Positions 1 through 9,705 of a DNA stretch of 64,000 bases are shown one piece after another. Within the stretch, counting starts at the first letter, position 1. Every line of letters begins with the position of its first letter. A program made the translations under genes and the position numbers. The notes beneath the pieces were generated by a model. That model worked only from the letters and a program-made list of their open reading frames with translations. It did not search any database and was not told where the DNA came from. This stretch comes from a virus. The stretch is from IMG/VR virus record IMGVR_UViG_3300033148_008025, positions 1 through 64,000 of that record, one strand, 5' to 3'.

Positions 1-124
1 GTTGTTTGATGTCTTCTAGTACTGCTGCGGCTTTTTCTTTTTATAATGGCATCTTGGTCTCTTTTCTTGTGTTGCTGACTGGGGGTAGGCAGAGGCATAG
101 GATGATTCCTTTGCCCTTGTCCTC

Positions 125-143
125 CTTATGCCGGAAAGGATGC
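125..143 (-). promoter_or_regulatory. Copy 1 of GCA-N7-9-GGCATAAG upstream motif (putative phage promoter)
   Basis: Minus strand reads GCATCCTTTCCGGCATAAG. It lies just upstream of an AAGGA RBS and an ATG at 98 whose ORF runs off the left edge. Related copies at 26396, 33743, 39907 and 53273. Confidence 0.5.
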
Positions 144-307
144 TAAATTCTCCTGATGGCCAACTACAAACGAAAGCATAGTCGCAGGCATAGGGGTATG
201 CGGGCAATCTGGACGGACTGTCCCTGTTGCCGTGGGTGGGTGAATCAACGCCGCATGGGGCGCGATGGAAGACTACCTGCGAGTGATCGCAGGCGTGCTA
301 TGTCGGT

Positions 308-538
308 TTAGGGTTGTTGAACGTAGATGGCGTGCCGACCGACAAAGGCAGGCAGCTCCATCCTTGTTCCAAACTGCTTTGCTATGTCATACATCTGGAA
401 ACCGCACTCATTGTGTCGCAAAACACGAACGAGGGCGTTTTCTTTAACTTCGTCGTCAGTAATTACGAATCGCTCAACGCTTAGGTTGAACTGGTTTTCA
501 GCATCTGGACCTGGGTAGTAAAGTGCTCGTAGTTTCAA
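308..538 (-). CDS. hypothetical phage protein
   Basis: 76-aa ORF in a tightly packed minus-strand series; no recognised motif. Confidence 0.55.
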   Translation of the reverse strand: MKLRALYYPGPDAENQFNLSVERFVITDDEVKENALVRVLRHNECGFQMYDIAKQFGTRMELPAFVGRHAIYVQQP

Positions 539-540
539 AT

Positions 541-990
541 CTATTTAACCCATCCTCCAAAAAGTCTCTTCTTGAGAAGTCGCCATACCTCGCCAAGGAG
601 AGCACCTACCTTATAGGGCTCACCATGAACGGTGTCACCCTCTCCATAGATGGCTTCGCCGTCGGGCCACAGCATTACCCAGGCATCACCGGATGGATCT
701 GGGTCGGTAACGTTGACGAGAGCATCGGGATAGAGTTCTTCCAGTCGAGCTTTTAGGCGGTACCCAGCTTTTTGTGTGAAGCAATGCATGAAGACATGCC
801 GTGCTGGATGCGCACACTTCATTCCAAGTGCGTGGTGCGAGCCGTCTCCGCTGTCACTTGTTTCAACTCCATGCACCTCATTCAGTTCCCGGACCAGGTC
901 AACAATTCCTGGCGAGATGGAGTCGTAGTTGATCTCTGCTTTGTCACTCATGGTAAGCCTCGTTGTCGCATGACATGTTGATAGTTGCAA
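541..990 (-). CDS. hypothetical phage protein
   Basis: 149-aa ORF 2 nt from the next gene; probable start at internal MSDKAE. Confidence 0.55.
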   Translation of the reverse strand: MQLSTCHATTRLTMSDKAEINYDSISPGIVDLVRELNEVHGVETSDSGDGSHHALGMKCAHPARHVFMHCFTQKAGYRLKARLEELYPDALVNVTDPDPSGDAWVMLWPDGEAIYGEGDTVHGEPYKVGALLGEVWRLLKKRLFGGWVK

Positions 991-1232
991 TTCCGGCCAG
1001 AAGCATTTTTGCTCTTTGCCGAGCTCGCTCTTTGCCGAAGCGGAACTCTGCAGCTACGCAGATATAGAGCCTTGGCCATCTGCTCACGACACCAGCCACT
1101 GAAAAGCGCTGAGTACCACTACGGTCACAAGCAGGATGAGGAATATCGATAAAAGCGTTCCGAGGATAAGCCCGGATGTTCTGGTGATGATCATAATCGT
1201 GTGAATCACACGTGGGTCGATTTCTTCGTTGT

Positions 1233-1565
1233 TCATAGTTTTCTCCAACCACGGTCTCTGTTGAACATGTGAACGGCCTCACACCTCAGACATGTGCGAA
1301 CACTTCTTTCGCGTAGTGCGAGGTCGAAGCACGTGGTGTAGTGCCACTCATGAAGCCCAATGGCGCACCTAGGTTTTAATTGCTTCCGTTCAAAAACGAG
1401 CCAGAAGCCTAGTTTCACGGGCCAGATGAAAAGCCAGAAGTTTGAGACAAGCAGTATGAGGGGTTGAAGCCAAAAATACTTCAGCCCGCGATCATCGCAG
1501 AGCCATAGGTGTGTAAATAGGGTGAACAGTACATGGGTTATGAATGCCGCTTGCCAGATCATCAT
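1233..1565 (-). CDS. membrane protein with C-terminal Cys/His motif
   Basis: Two hydrophobic N-terminal segments, then C-x3-H-x-W...C-x2-C (DUF1660-like pattern). Confidence 0.5.
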   Translation of the reverse strand: MMIWQAAFITHVLFTLFTHLWLCDDRGLKYFWLQPLILLVSNFWLFIWPVKLGFWLVFERKQLKPRCAIGLHEWHYTTCFDLALRERSVRTCLRCEAVHMFNRDRGWRKL

Positions 1566-1816
1566 TACAGAAAGTAGGGTACAGCAACTGCCGCCATGCT
1601 GAATATCCCCGTGAGTGCAATGCGAAGTCTTTTGCTCTTCATCGGTCGGAGATGATCGGTCATGACTTCTCGCTGTAGTCTAGGGGAATGGATTCCATAC
1701 AGGTCATCGTTCATGATCTGTATGAAGGCTTCAAACCTTTCGAACATTGATTGGTAGTGCTGTTCTTGCTCTTCATATGTCATCGGTAGATCACCATGAC
1801 TTATCGCCTCTCCCAT
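1565..1816 (-). CDS. small hypothetical protein with C-terminal membrane anchor
   Basis: 83 aa; ends in hydrophobic IALTGIFSMAAVAVPYFL; stop abuts the next start. Confidence 0.5.
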   Translation of the reverse strand: MGEAISHGDLPMTYEEQEQHYQSMFERFEAFIQIMNDDLYGIHSPRLQREVMTDHLRPMKSKRLRIALTGIFSMAAVAVPYFL

Positions 1817-2067
1817 CGATAAATTAGCTCATCATCGATGACATGCTGTTTTCGTTCAAACTCAACTATTTCCAGTGTTTCTCCGTGAGCCCCGTAATGA
1901 ACAGCCCATCCTGGAGCTGGTACGCCCATGGGACACTCGGGCCATGCGCATCGGAAAAAGGGGTGTCCGACAGGTTTGCCGTCCTCTCCATGTTCACATT
2001 CAATCATTGTACTTTCTCCGCAACTGGGTTCCACGCCCATTCGTGGTTTCGGACGCACGACCTGCAC
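1801..2067 (-). CDS. small Cys-rich protein (CEHG...CAWPxC family)
   Basis: Shares CEHG-x-CAWP-x-C-x2-G and a C-terminal E-x3-I-DG/DD-E-x-x-F/Y-x-W pattern with ORF 9702-10193. Confidence 0.55.
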   Translation of the reverse strand: MQVVRPKPRMGVEPSCGESTMIECEHGEDGKPVGHPFFRCAWPECPMGVPAPGWAVHYGAHGETLEIVEFERKQHVIDDELIYRWERR

Positions 2068-2274
2068 ACGCGAACCAGCTCAGAACTCCATGCATCTGCT
2101 GATGTCCACCAGGACCAGGAATGTCCCCACGGATAGCTCTTGTGACACTTTGCGCATTTGTAGTTCATATGGCCCATCCTCCAGTCTGTGGTGCCGCCGG
2201 CGTCCCGTAGATTTGCTCGAGGTAGATGCGGTGCATCCACGTTTTAATATCAAGCACCTCATGAAGCAAATGCA

Positions 2275-3045
2275 TCATGTTTTTCCCTCATTCTCTAACT
2301 TGCGGGCATCAGACATAAGCGCCAATGCCCTATCTCGCTCATGTTCCTCTTCGTCGCCGTCATGGCCATCGCCAAACATGCAGATTTGTTCGTGGGACTC
2401 CCATGCCAATGCTGCAGCCTTGTATGCATCTCGGACTTTCATGCACTCTACGAGTTCAAGGCCTTGTTCGAGCAACATCTTGGAAAGTTGAAGATTGCTT
2501 TCAATATCATTGCTGCTCTGCAGGCTCATCCTTCTGTTGTTTTCGCGTATGACATCGATTGCATCGAGCGCATACTGGATGGAGTCAGATTGCTTCCTGT
2601 CCTCAGGATGCGCATAGCGAATTTCAACGGCCGGTAGCCCCCGTGGACATGTGGTATGGCAATACGAAAATGACCCATTGAGCTCAAGCCTGGGAACGAT
2701 GTGCACTCCTCCTGCGGGAGAAATGGTGACCTTTTCGGAGTCTTCCTTTGTTGCAAGGTTCTGTGCGTATACAAATGGATCACCCTGTGGCGCGCTTGAA
2801 AGCTTGATCCATTCCCCATCGTTGATGCGGATTATTGTTGCTTCTGGTAGAGAGAGGTCACCGTTGACAAGAAAGTCGAGCGCGGCCGGCGGAATGATTG
2901 CTAGGTAGCACTTTCGCGAGCAACGGTGACTCTCATCGACGAATCCGCAGCCCTCGCTGCACCAGCATAGACTTTTCCTGTAACTCATCGCTGGTCCTCT
3001 TGTAATTTGCGGGCGTCGTCGCTTAGGCATACGCACTCTAAGCAC
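2275..3045 (-). CDS. hypothetical protein, N-terminal Cys cluster, C-terminal coiled coil
   Basis: 256-aa ORF; probable start at MSYRKSLCWC. Confidence 0.5.
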   Translation of the reverse strand: MLRVRMPKRRRPQITRGPAMSYRKSLCWCSEGCGFVDESHRCSRKCYLAIIPPAALDFLVNGDLSLPEATIIRINDGEWIKLSSAPQGDPFVYAQNLATKEDSEKVTISPAGGVHIVPRLELNGSFSYCHTTCPRGLPAVEIRYAHPEDRKQSDSIQYALDAIDVIRENNRRMSLQSSNDIESNLQLSKMLLEQGLELVECMKVRDAYKAAALAWESHEQICMFGDGHDGDEEEHERDRALALMSDARKLENEGKT

Positions 3046-3467
3046 AGATAGTGCCCATCCCCTTCACATGTGTCGCCTCGCGATGGACCCGTAATGAATT
3101 CGGAGCATGGGTTATCTGTATCTCGGATTCCGTCTTTCCCGTCCAGGTCTCTGTTTCCACCGCCTACCTGCTCCACATCAAAACCACGTACAGCATCAAG
3201 CAACTTGAACGCGAGCAGTCGTGCGCCCTTGGTCGTTAGTACGACGTTGCGCTGTTCCATGATGTGCATCAGGATAAGGTCACGCTTCGAGATAGACGGG
3301 ACAAGTGGCGCAACGTCAAGCAACGTGACGGTGAAGCCATCTCCGCCCTCGTTGGTGTTCAGGGCCTCTACTGGCGTCATTGCCAGCGAGGGCTCAGCCA
3401 TGAGCGAGTGCAGCGTGACGTTGGCCTCGCCGCCGCACGGGCACTTGATTGTCTTACTTGTCGGCAT
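2985..3467 (-). CDS. Cys-rich hypothetical protein
   Basis: CPCGG at the N-terminus, CSEF...CEGDGHYLCLEC at the C-terminus. Confidence 0.5.
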   Translation of the reverse strand: MPTSKTIKCPCGGEANVTLHSLMAEPSLAMTPVEALNTNEGGDGFTVTLLDVAPLVPSISKRDLILMHIMEQRNVVLTTKGARLLAFKLLDAVRGFDVEQVGGGNRDLDGKDGIRDTDNPCSEFITGPSRGDTCEGDGHYLCLECVCLSDDARKLQEDQR

Positions 3468-3870
3468 TGTTCTTGGCTTCTTTCTCTAGTTCGCGAGCGA
3501 TGATGAGCTTTTCGTGTGCGAACTCTTCGTGGCCATCCGCTGCATCTTCGTCGTCGCATTCGTATGCACACTTGAACGCCAGTGCTGTTACCTTCCAAGC
3601 TGCTGCTTGCCGTTTAAGATTACCTCCTGCCTTTGCAACCAGGACGTCACATACCTCTGGGTGATCCAGCAGTCTGTGCAAGCGTTCGTTTTCTTCGATC
3701 AGCTCCCTAATGAGAGAAGGTGCTTGGTTCACGAGTTCATCTCGAACGCGGTCGACTGGAGATGCTGTGGGAGCAAGCCATGCATTGGCCTTTTGGTAAA
3801 GTTCTAGTGCAAGCTTTTTTCGTTCTTTATTCATGGGATAAATCCTCTGAAAGCTTTTTGGCATGCTCAA
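3454..3870 (-). CDS. hypothetical protein with ENERL coiled-coil module
   Basis: 138 aa; LIEENERLHRLL. Confidence 0.5.
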   Translation of the reverse strand: MSMPKSFQRIYPMNKERKKLALELYQKANAWLAPTASPVDRVRDELVNQAPSLIRELIEENERLHRLLDHPEVCDVLVAKAGGNLKRQAAAWKVTALAFKCAYECDDEDAADGHEEFAHEKLIIARELEKEAKNNADK

Positions 3871-4603
3871 CCGCTTTGGTCATCTCATCCCATAGCGCTT
3901 GTCGTTTTGAGAAAAGGCATGCACGGGTAGCTTCACGGGCCTTCTCCCAGGCTTCGGCACGTTGCTCCATCTTGCCAAGCTCAGTCTCGTGCTGGACCCC
4001 AGCCAGATGCACAGCATGCGCCTCTGGGCCTTCCTCGGCTAGCCACTTGTCTAGCAGATCTGCGTCTTTGCCTGTGACTATGGCTCGGAGTCGTTCGTTT
4101 TCGGCCTTGAGCTTGCGTATTTCTTCGTCATACGGATTTACTATCTTGCACATCGCGCTCTGCGGACACTCCTCTTCACCCGAGTTGGCGTAGGTGTCGG
4201 ACTCGCCATCGCAGGAGATGTTCCCGGCACAACCGCAGGCCAACGCTCGACCGTCTTCCCATAGCTCCGTTCCTGCGAAATCTCCGCAACACGGGCACTC
4301 CAGGTCGTAGTGGCCAGCCTCTTCTCTCAGGCGCTCGTTCTCGGCCTCCAGCTCATTCATCATCTCGCACGGGGTCTTGCCATCTGAGCGTCTGATCGTA
4401 AGCTCGTACTTCGTGCCTTCCTCGGTGGCCAGCCCGAACGTGATGTAATTTTTAGCATCCTCTGTGGCCTGCATTAGCCACACCATCGCCGTGGTGAAGC
4501 CGCTGATTCCGCTCACTACGTCCTCGTGGTCTTCTGGTGGAATCCCTGCCTTGGATAGAAGCGGGAATAGGCTGGCTTTGATCTCTTTATCTTCTTGGCT
4601 CAT
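3827..4603 (-). CDS. hypothetical protein: zinc-ribbon-like insert between two ENERLR coiled coils
   Basis: LEAENERLREE-CPCCG...CGCAG...C..C-LKAENERLRAI; 4-nt overlap with upstream stop. Confidence 0.55.
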   Translation of the reverse strand: MSQEDKEIKASLFPLLSKAGIPPEDHEDVVSGISGFTTAMVWLMQATEDAKNYITFGLATEEGTKYELTIRRSDGKTPCEMMNELEAENERLREEAGHYDLECPCCGDFAGTELWEDGRALACGCAGNISCDGESDTYANSGEEECPQSAMCKIVNPYDEEIRKLKAENERLRAIVTGKDADLLDKWLAEEGPEAHAVHLAGVQHETELGKMEQRAEAWEKAREATRACLFSKRQALWDEMTKAVEHAKKLSEDLSHE

Positions 4604-5721
4604 GATTCCTTGTCTTCCTCTTCATGGGCAGTTGCTTCCGGAATGGAAAGCACTTGAAGCGGGCCGCTCTCACAGTAGTCGCAATAGTCTCCCTTGGGGT
4701 CGTAGGCCGACCCCTCAAAATACGTTGTTTTCTTATGGATACAGGTCTCCTGTCGGCGTCGGAATAAGTCTAGTTCGTGTTGTCTAATCACCTGTTCCTC
4801 GGCGATTTTCGGTTTGATATTGGTCGGTCCTCGCTTTGCTGCCTTGCGCCTTTCCTCCCCTAGCTTGCGAGCGGCTTCAAGCTGCTTGAGTGCCCCCTTA
4901 GCATCGCTGAGCAGGGCATCGGAAACTACACTCTCTGCAACGCTTACTTCTAACTGATTGCGCATGCGCTCGTTCTCTACCTGTAACGACATACACTCTT
5001 TCGTGCGCCTTTCCATTTCTTCGTTATGTCGAGTGCGTAGGTCTCGAAAGCGCTCCAGGCTTTCGATGTCTTTCTTGAGTTCAGCAAGCTTGGCTACCCA
5101 CGGAGCCTCTAAGTTGCGGAGCATCACCCGCACGTCAATCAGTTCCTGTTCTCGTATGCCAAGCTCGTCTTCTTCGTCATCCACAGACAGGTCGCCTATA
5201 TAGACTCCGTTGCAGTCAAATACATCTATTGTAGTACTGTCACTGCTAAACTCTGCGTGAGTGGACGCCTTGATGCTGTAGTCAACACCTTTCAGATGCC
5301 TAATCGTATCCTTGAGTTGGTCGCGCTCGTCCATGACTTTCGCAAACGCTTCATCCGCCCCGTCCACTAGACTGAGGGTGCCTTGGTGACGCGACTCTTC
5401 TTCGCGTAGGTCATCTCGAAGCCTAGCACCTTCCTTCCACAACCTCCGCACCTCCGCGATGAGCAGTGGCATGTCGGTGCGTGCGTGAGCGATGAATGGC
5501 GCATTGCCTACATCTGGCCAGTACGCCTCGCCAATGGCCTCGCTTGCCGGCCTAAGCTCACGGCCAAAGAGAGATGTGTCCTCAAGATCCCAGTACTCCC
5601 ACGGGCCTTCGGTGGCAGCCTGCTCGCGAGACTCCATGGCTGCGAGTTCCTCTGGCGTAATTGGTTTGGTCATGAAAAACCTCCTATAAGCACAGTGGCC
5701 GCACAGCTTGTGCACTCGCAA
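4600..5721 (-). CDS. Ead/Ea22-like phage protein with long coiled coil
   Basis: AATEGPW and NAPFIAHARTDMPLLIAEVRRL motifs typical of Ead/Ea22-like proteins; probable start MTKPITPEEL. Confidence 0.6.
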   Translation of the reverse strand: MRVHKLCGHCAYRRFFMTKPITPEELAAMESREQAATEGPWEYWDLEDTSLFGRELRPASEAIGEAYWPDVGNAPFIAHARTDMPLLIAEVRRLWKEGARLRDDLREEESRHQGTLSLVDGADEAFAKVMDERDQLKDTIRHLKGVDYSIKASTHAEFSSDSTTIDVFDCNGVYIGDLSVDDEEDELGIREQELIDVRVMLRNLEAPWVAKLAELKKDIESLERFRDLRTRHNEEMERRTKECMSLQVENERMRNQLEVSVAESVVSDALLSDAKGALKQLEAARKLGEERRKAAKRGPTNIKPKIAEEQVIRQHELDLFRRRQETCIHKKTTYFEGSAYDPKGDYCDYCESGPLQVLSIPEATAHEEEDKES

Positions 5722-5954
5722 CCGGGTGGCCTCTTGACTATTTTCCCTCCATAGTCGTATTCACATACAACCTCTGCCTGGCTCTTCACAAATTCTCGCA
5801 ACCGTTCGTTCTCCGATCGGAGCGATGCTAGTTCCGTCATGTCGGATAGGTATCGCGTCCGGGCTGCAGGGCTATATGGGTTTGGGTAGCTAGGTAGCTC
5901 GCTGAATATTTCGTCGAGCCTTGATGCCTGCCCCTTGGTTGGCCTGTCGCTCAT
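5670..5954 (-). CDS. small hypothetical protein with ENERLR module and Cys cluster
   Basis: LRSENERLREFV followed by C...CECTSC. Confidence 0.5.
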   Translation of the reverse strand: MSDRPTKGQASRLDEIFSELPSYPNPYSPAARTRYLSDMTELASLRSENERLREFVKSQAEVVCEYDYGGKIVKRPPGCECTSCAATVLIGGFS

Positions 5955-6169
5955 TTCGTCAGTTCTTCCTTTTCGCGAAGCTTCTCTTCAACGGCCATTT
6001 GGCTTTGCGCCCGCAGATGCTCCCCAATCTGTTGTGGATCTGTCTCGGTGGCGTACTTTTCAGCCTCGGTCAAGGGGACTGTGAGAGTGACCATTGGGCG
6101 GTTGACTACTGTTTCGGTGTTATTTTTGTTCATGGTGTTCTTTCTGTTGTTCTGGTGTAATTGGTTTAG

Positions 6170-6757
6170 TCATAGGCTCTTACTCGCAATCGCGACGTGG
6201 CAGTCGCACGGTCCGTTGGCAACCCCGTAGGAGAAAATAGGGCAAGCCTCATGGTGGGGCTCTGCTGCAACCGCCTGGAGCATTTCCTTCAGCTGATCCC
6301 TCTCCCGGAACAGCCCTTGGATTTGTTCGCGCAGTTCTACGTTCACGCGCCGACACATGATGTTCTCGACTTCGGTATCACGCACTGGCTTGCCAACAAG
6401 TCCCCAAGCAGCTTCCAATGCATCGAGCATGGCACGAACCGTAGGCGGATCGGTCTTTGCGATGAATTCTGCATTCTCGATAGACATCGACCGCAGTTCT
6501 GAACGAAGGATGCCAATGAATGTATGTTCTCCAGGCTGTGCGTAGATTCCACCCGGGGGCCCACCCTCTGCGTAGCAGTAATCGACAAACCACATTTCCT
6601 GCGTAGCAGCGTCTGTAGCCTGTCGAATGGATACGAGTTTCTCCGGTGTTAGTTCAGTGCTCACCGTTTCTCCTTTGCAAGCCTGTCGTACAGTACTACG
6701 TTTACGCACGCTGCCAGATTCAGGCACCCGGCAGGGATTCGGACGACATCTCTGCAT
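6170..6757 (-). CDS. Ead/Ea22-like phage protein
   Basis: LTPEKL...AATQEMW...NAEFIAKTDPPTVRAMLDALE; real start probably the GTG near 6660. Confidence 0.6.
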   Translation of the reverse strand: MQRCRPNPCRVPESGSVRKRSTVRQACKGETVSTELTPEKLVSIRQATDAATQEMWFVDYCYAEGGPPGGIYAQPGEHTFIGILRSELRSMSIENAEFIAKTDPPTVRAMLDALEAAWGLVGKPVRDTEVENIMCRRVNVELREQIQGLFRERDQLKEMLQAVAAEPHHEACPIFSYGVANGPCDCHVAIASKSL

Positions 6758-7092
6758 CGTTGCACGACAGATGCTCCGAGCGTTCCATCCTCTGGCCCGA
6801 AAATGTAAAAAGCTCGCTTTGGATGTTCGTACACTGGAAGATCAATGGCATCCTCACAGACCTCAATTGCCACAGGCACACAGTCATACGGAATAGACTC
6901 TATTACCGATGACACCTGTAGTAGCGGTATTCGTTTGTGGGCAACTGACACGTCCGTGATGGACTGCGTGTAGCGTTTCCCAGACGTAACCACTAGGGCT
7001 GCATCGAAGCATCCAGCGGCACGAAGCGCCGCTCCTACGTTGATACGGTTCTTTGGGTGATGCAGGCCAATGCAGGCGTAGCCGTTACTCAT
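6661..7092 (-). CDS. SpoU/TrmH-family (SPOUT) RNA 2'-O-methyltransferase
   Basis: Motif 1 PKNRINVGAALRAAGCF, motif 2 FYIFGPEDG, motif 3 VRIPAGCLNLAACVNVVLYD. Confidence 0.85.
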   Translation of the reverse strand: MSNGYACIGLHHPKNRINVGAALRAAGCFDAALVVTSGKRYTQSITDVSVAHKRIPLLQVSSVIESIPYDCVPVAIEVCEDAIDLPVYEHPKRAFYIFGPEDGTLGASVVQRCRDVVRIPAGCLNLAACVNVVLYDRLAKEKR

Positions 7093-7417
7093 CGTGAATC
7101 AACCTATGCATGGTGTCGACGCAGGTTTGGCAAAACTCAACCTGTTCATCGTTGTGGTCACCATACCCCCACCCGCTCAGTCGAATCACAGTGTCAACTT
7201 TCTCGTTACAGTTGTCGCAGCGTATGTCTGTCCACGACGTGTTTCCAACTACCTCGTTCACTGCTTCCGGAGATGGGTTGTCGCCAAGCCCTATAAGGGC
7301 TCCATATATCAAGCGCTTGTCTTCGCTGTACCATTTGCCACGGGAGCAGTTCTGATAATTCTGTCGCCATTGCTCGGCGGCATCTGCTGCCTTACTTTGC
7401 TTTGTTACCTTCTTCAT
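7085..7417 (-). CDS. conserved-type phage hypothetical protein with CxxC pair
   Basis: 110 aa; SWT-x2-CDNC...FCQTC; overlaps both neighbours. Confidence 0.55.
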   Translation of the reverse strand: MKKVTKQSKAADAAEQWRQNYQNCSRGKWYSEDKRLIYGALIGLGDNPSPEAVNEVVGNTSWTDIRCDNCNEKVDTVIRLSGWGYGDHNDEQVEFCQTCVDTMHRLIHDE

Positions 7418-8076
7418 TGAATGTTTTTTCTTACCGTCTCCGACCGAACTTCTTCAGCCATGCAGCAGAACTCTTCTGTGTTAAACACGGCCGGACAGTG
7501 GGCGACCAGGTCAACCCAGACGGCGTGTGCAATCGGTCGGATATCAGGATGCGCAGCCTTTGCCATACGAAGGGTGATGAAGTGCAGCCACTCACGGAAG
7601 TTGCATGTCATCACGATTTCTGTTTTGAGACATGTGGGGAGTACGGAGCGTGCGGCTTGTGGCTTCATGCCGTGCTTGAGCATTGCGAAGTACGACATCT
7701 CAGCTGCGCGTACACCTGACATCCAGGCCATACGTGCATCCTCGGTCAACCCCGAAGGCTCTACGACACTTATTTCTTCACCGAACTTCTCTTTGCCGTA
7801 GTTGCAGTACCTCGTGCTCTCCTGCGAATAGCTCGCCAGGCGATGCCTCACGATTTCATGTGTGATACCCCTGTCGGTGACAATTCGAAACGTGGCGCTT
7901 GCGTGTTCAACAACGGAGGCATGCCCACGTTTGCCAATCATCTTGACGAACTTGTCTGCGCTATCTTCTGTGATTTTACCTTCTGACTTGTAGCAGGTGC
8001 GTCCTGCTAGTTCGATGACCTGAGCTGGGAAGGGCGTGATGGTTAAGAGTTCCACGGATGGTTCAACGATGATCAT
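7414..8076 (-). CDS. thyX: FAD-dependent thymidylate synthase
   Basis: ThyX signature RHRLASYSQESTRY, plus GHASVVEH and N-x-REW-x-HF-x-x-LR...AH. Confidence 0.95.
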   Translation of the reverse strand: MIIVEPSVELLTITPFPAQVIELAGRTCYKSEGKITEDSADKFVKMIGKRGHASVVEHASATFRIVTDRGITHEIVRHRLASYSQESTRYCNYGKEKFGEEISVVEPSGLTEDARMAWMSGVRAAEMSYFAMLKHGMKPQAARSVLPTCLKTEIVMTCNFREWLHFITLRMAKAAHPDIRPIAHAVWVDLVAHCPAVFNTEEFCCMAEEVRSETVRKNIQ

Positions 8077-8645
8077 ATGCTGGTGTTCTCTGCTGGAATG
8101 TAAAGGTTGGTTGGGTTGTCAAAGTGGATCTGAACGTCTTCGTTAAATTCATCTGCCACCCTCTGATCGAATGGAAGAGCAAGGATGTGGAAGCCTTTTC
8201 TAGAAGGCACGCGAGTACTTGAGAGTTCTCCCATGAGCCACTGGGATAGTGGTGTTTCTTCTGGGGCATCAAAGTCAAACAGCCACACTTTCCTGATTCG
8301 AGTTTTACCGCAGACCGATGAGTAGCCGTGTCGCATCCCAGCCCAGTTTCCGGCAATGGCTTGCTCGAGCAAATGGGTAGCAAACTTCTGTCCCACCTTT
8401 CTGTATGAGCGAGCGCTTGGTCTGAAGTAAGCACGTGCCTGGAAGTAGTTGCACATGTCTATGATTTGTTCTCGCTGTGACCAGAGCTCATCCAGGTCTC
8501 GGTGATAGAAGGTCTTTAGGCGTCGCCCCTTGTTGTTGCCAGCCTTCTTACTCCTATCGAGGATTTCCGTGTAGAAGAAGGTGTCACCATCGAACACCTT
8601 GGGAACGAAGGCCTGGAGTATTTGGAAGTTATCAATTGCGGTCAA
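8073..8645 (-). CDS. conserved phage protein of unknown function
   Basis: 190 aa; FFYTEILDRSK...KTFY...IIDMCNYFQARAYF...WLFDFD...HFDNPTNLY pattern recalled from other large phages (unverified). Confidence 0.6.
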   Translation of the reverse strand: MTAIDNFQILQAFVPKVFDGDTFFYTEILDRSKKAGNNKGRRLKTFYHRDLDELWSQREQIIDMCNYFQARAYFRPSARSYRKVGQKFATHLLEQAIAGNWAGMRHGYSSVCGKTRIRKVWLFDFDAPEETPLSQWLMGELSSTRVPSRKGFHILALPFDQRVADEFNEDVQIHFDNPTNLYIPAENTSI

Positions 8646-8959
8646 GGAAGTACCTCAATTGCCTTTGATGCTTCCGTGACATCGCTGAGTGTTTTGGCAA
8701 GTTTCTCATACGCCACTTCGGTGTTATTCCATTCATCCCTGATGATGTCCACGTCCCGGTGGGCAAGCAGCAGTTCGTCGATCAACTCCAGGATGGTTTT
8801 AGGTTCAAAAATGGCGTGAAACATCTCGAGTCTTGCCATGGCTTCTTCTCTCGACCCTACCGAGACGAGTGATTCACGTGTAGCCCTATTTGCTATCAAC
8901 TGATAATGCGCAATACGATTTGCATTGATCATTCGTTCTCCTCGGACATGAAACCCCAC
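8642..8959 (-). CDS. hypothetical coiled-coil protein
   Basis: 105 aa; FEPKTILELIDEL resembles Ead/Ea22-like tails. Confidence 0.5.
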   Translation of the reverse strand: MGFHVRGERMINANRIAHYQLIANRATRESLVSVGSREEAMARLEMFHAIFEPKTILELIDELLLAHRDVDIIRDEWNNTEVAYEKLAKTLSDVTEASKAIEVLP

Positions 8960-9154
8960 CTTGTATAGTATCCGCCCTCATCTCGTTCCACGACTGTCAG
9001 ATAGAACTGCGTGTGGCACTTGCGACATGTTCTGTAAACCAGTGAAGAGCGGTTCGCGACATCTTCATTGCAATCCCGTATCGGAATCGGCGCAAGCGCT
9101 GTACTGCAGAGTGGACACTTTCTTTTTACTCTCTTCATCTCTTTCCTTTCGTAT

Positions 9155-9538
9155 TCATGACAGGAACACCACCTCAACCCAGTTCTCGATTTCGGGGCAA
9201 CGCACAATTTCCTCTTTAGCGAAGAGGGTAGCGGTATGTTCGTCGTCAAAGCCTTTTGCCCGATATTCGTTCCAGGAAGACCCAACAGGGTGCCAGAACT
9301 TCTTGGTTAGCTTGTTGCGCAAGTACCATCGTCCGTCGTCGGCACGCTCTACGGATATGGGCTCGTTTCGTCCGTAGGGCTCAGGGGTTTCGGAGTCCTC
9401 GAAGTAAACGTGATACCCGAGATTGTATTCTCGAAAGGTTGAATAGCGAACGACGCGATTGCCTATCTTGTCGCCCCTATTGAGTGCTCCTGCTGTTGCG
9501 GTGAATTTCATCGGCCCCTGACCTTGTCGATAATGCAC
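9155..9538 (-). CDS. hypothetical protein
   Basis: 127-aa ORF in packed operon. Confidence 0.5.
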   Translation of the reverse strand: MHYRQGQGPMKFTATAGALNRGDKIGNRVVRYSTFREYNLGYHVYFEDSETPEPYGRNEPISVERADDGRWYLRNKLTKKFWHPVGSSWNEYRAKGFDDEHTATLFAKEEIVRCPEIENWVEVVFLS

Positions 9539-9705
9539 CGGGCGATGCTTAGTGAACGGTCTGCAACTGCTTCGGCACCTTGGTAGAATGGAAGCGTGCG
9601 CACGGTAGATCCTTCGCTGTTGTTGTCGTAGAAGGTCTCGGTTAGTTCGACCCTTGCTGCAATCATTGCAGCAGTTCGGATTAGTCGCTCTTGGTCATCA
9701 GTCAT
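9508..9705 (-). CDS. small helical hypothetical protein
   Basis: 65 aa; ATGA overlap with upstream ORF. Confidence 0.5.
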   Translation of the reverse strand: MTDDQERLIRTAAMIAARVELTETFYDNNSEGSTVRTLPFYQGAEAVADRSLSIARCIIDKVRGR

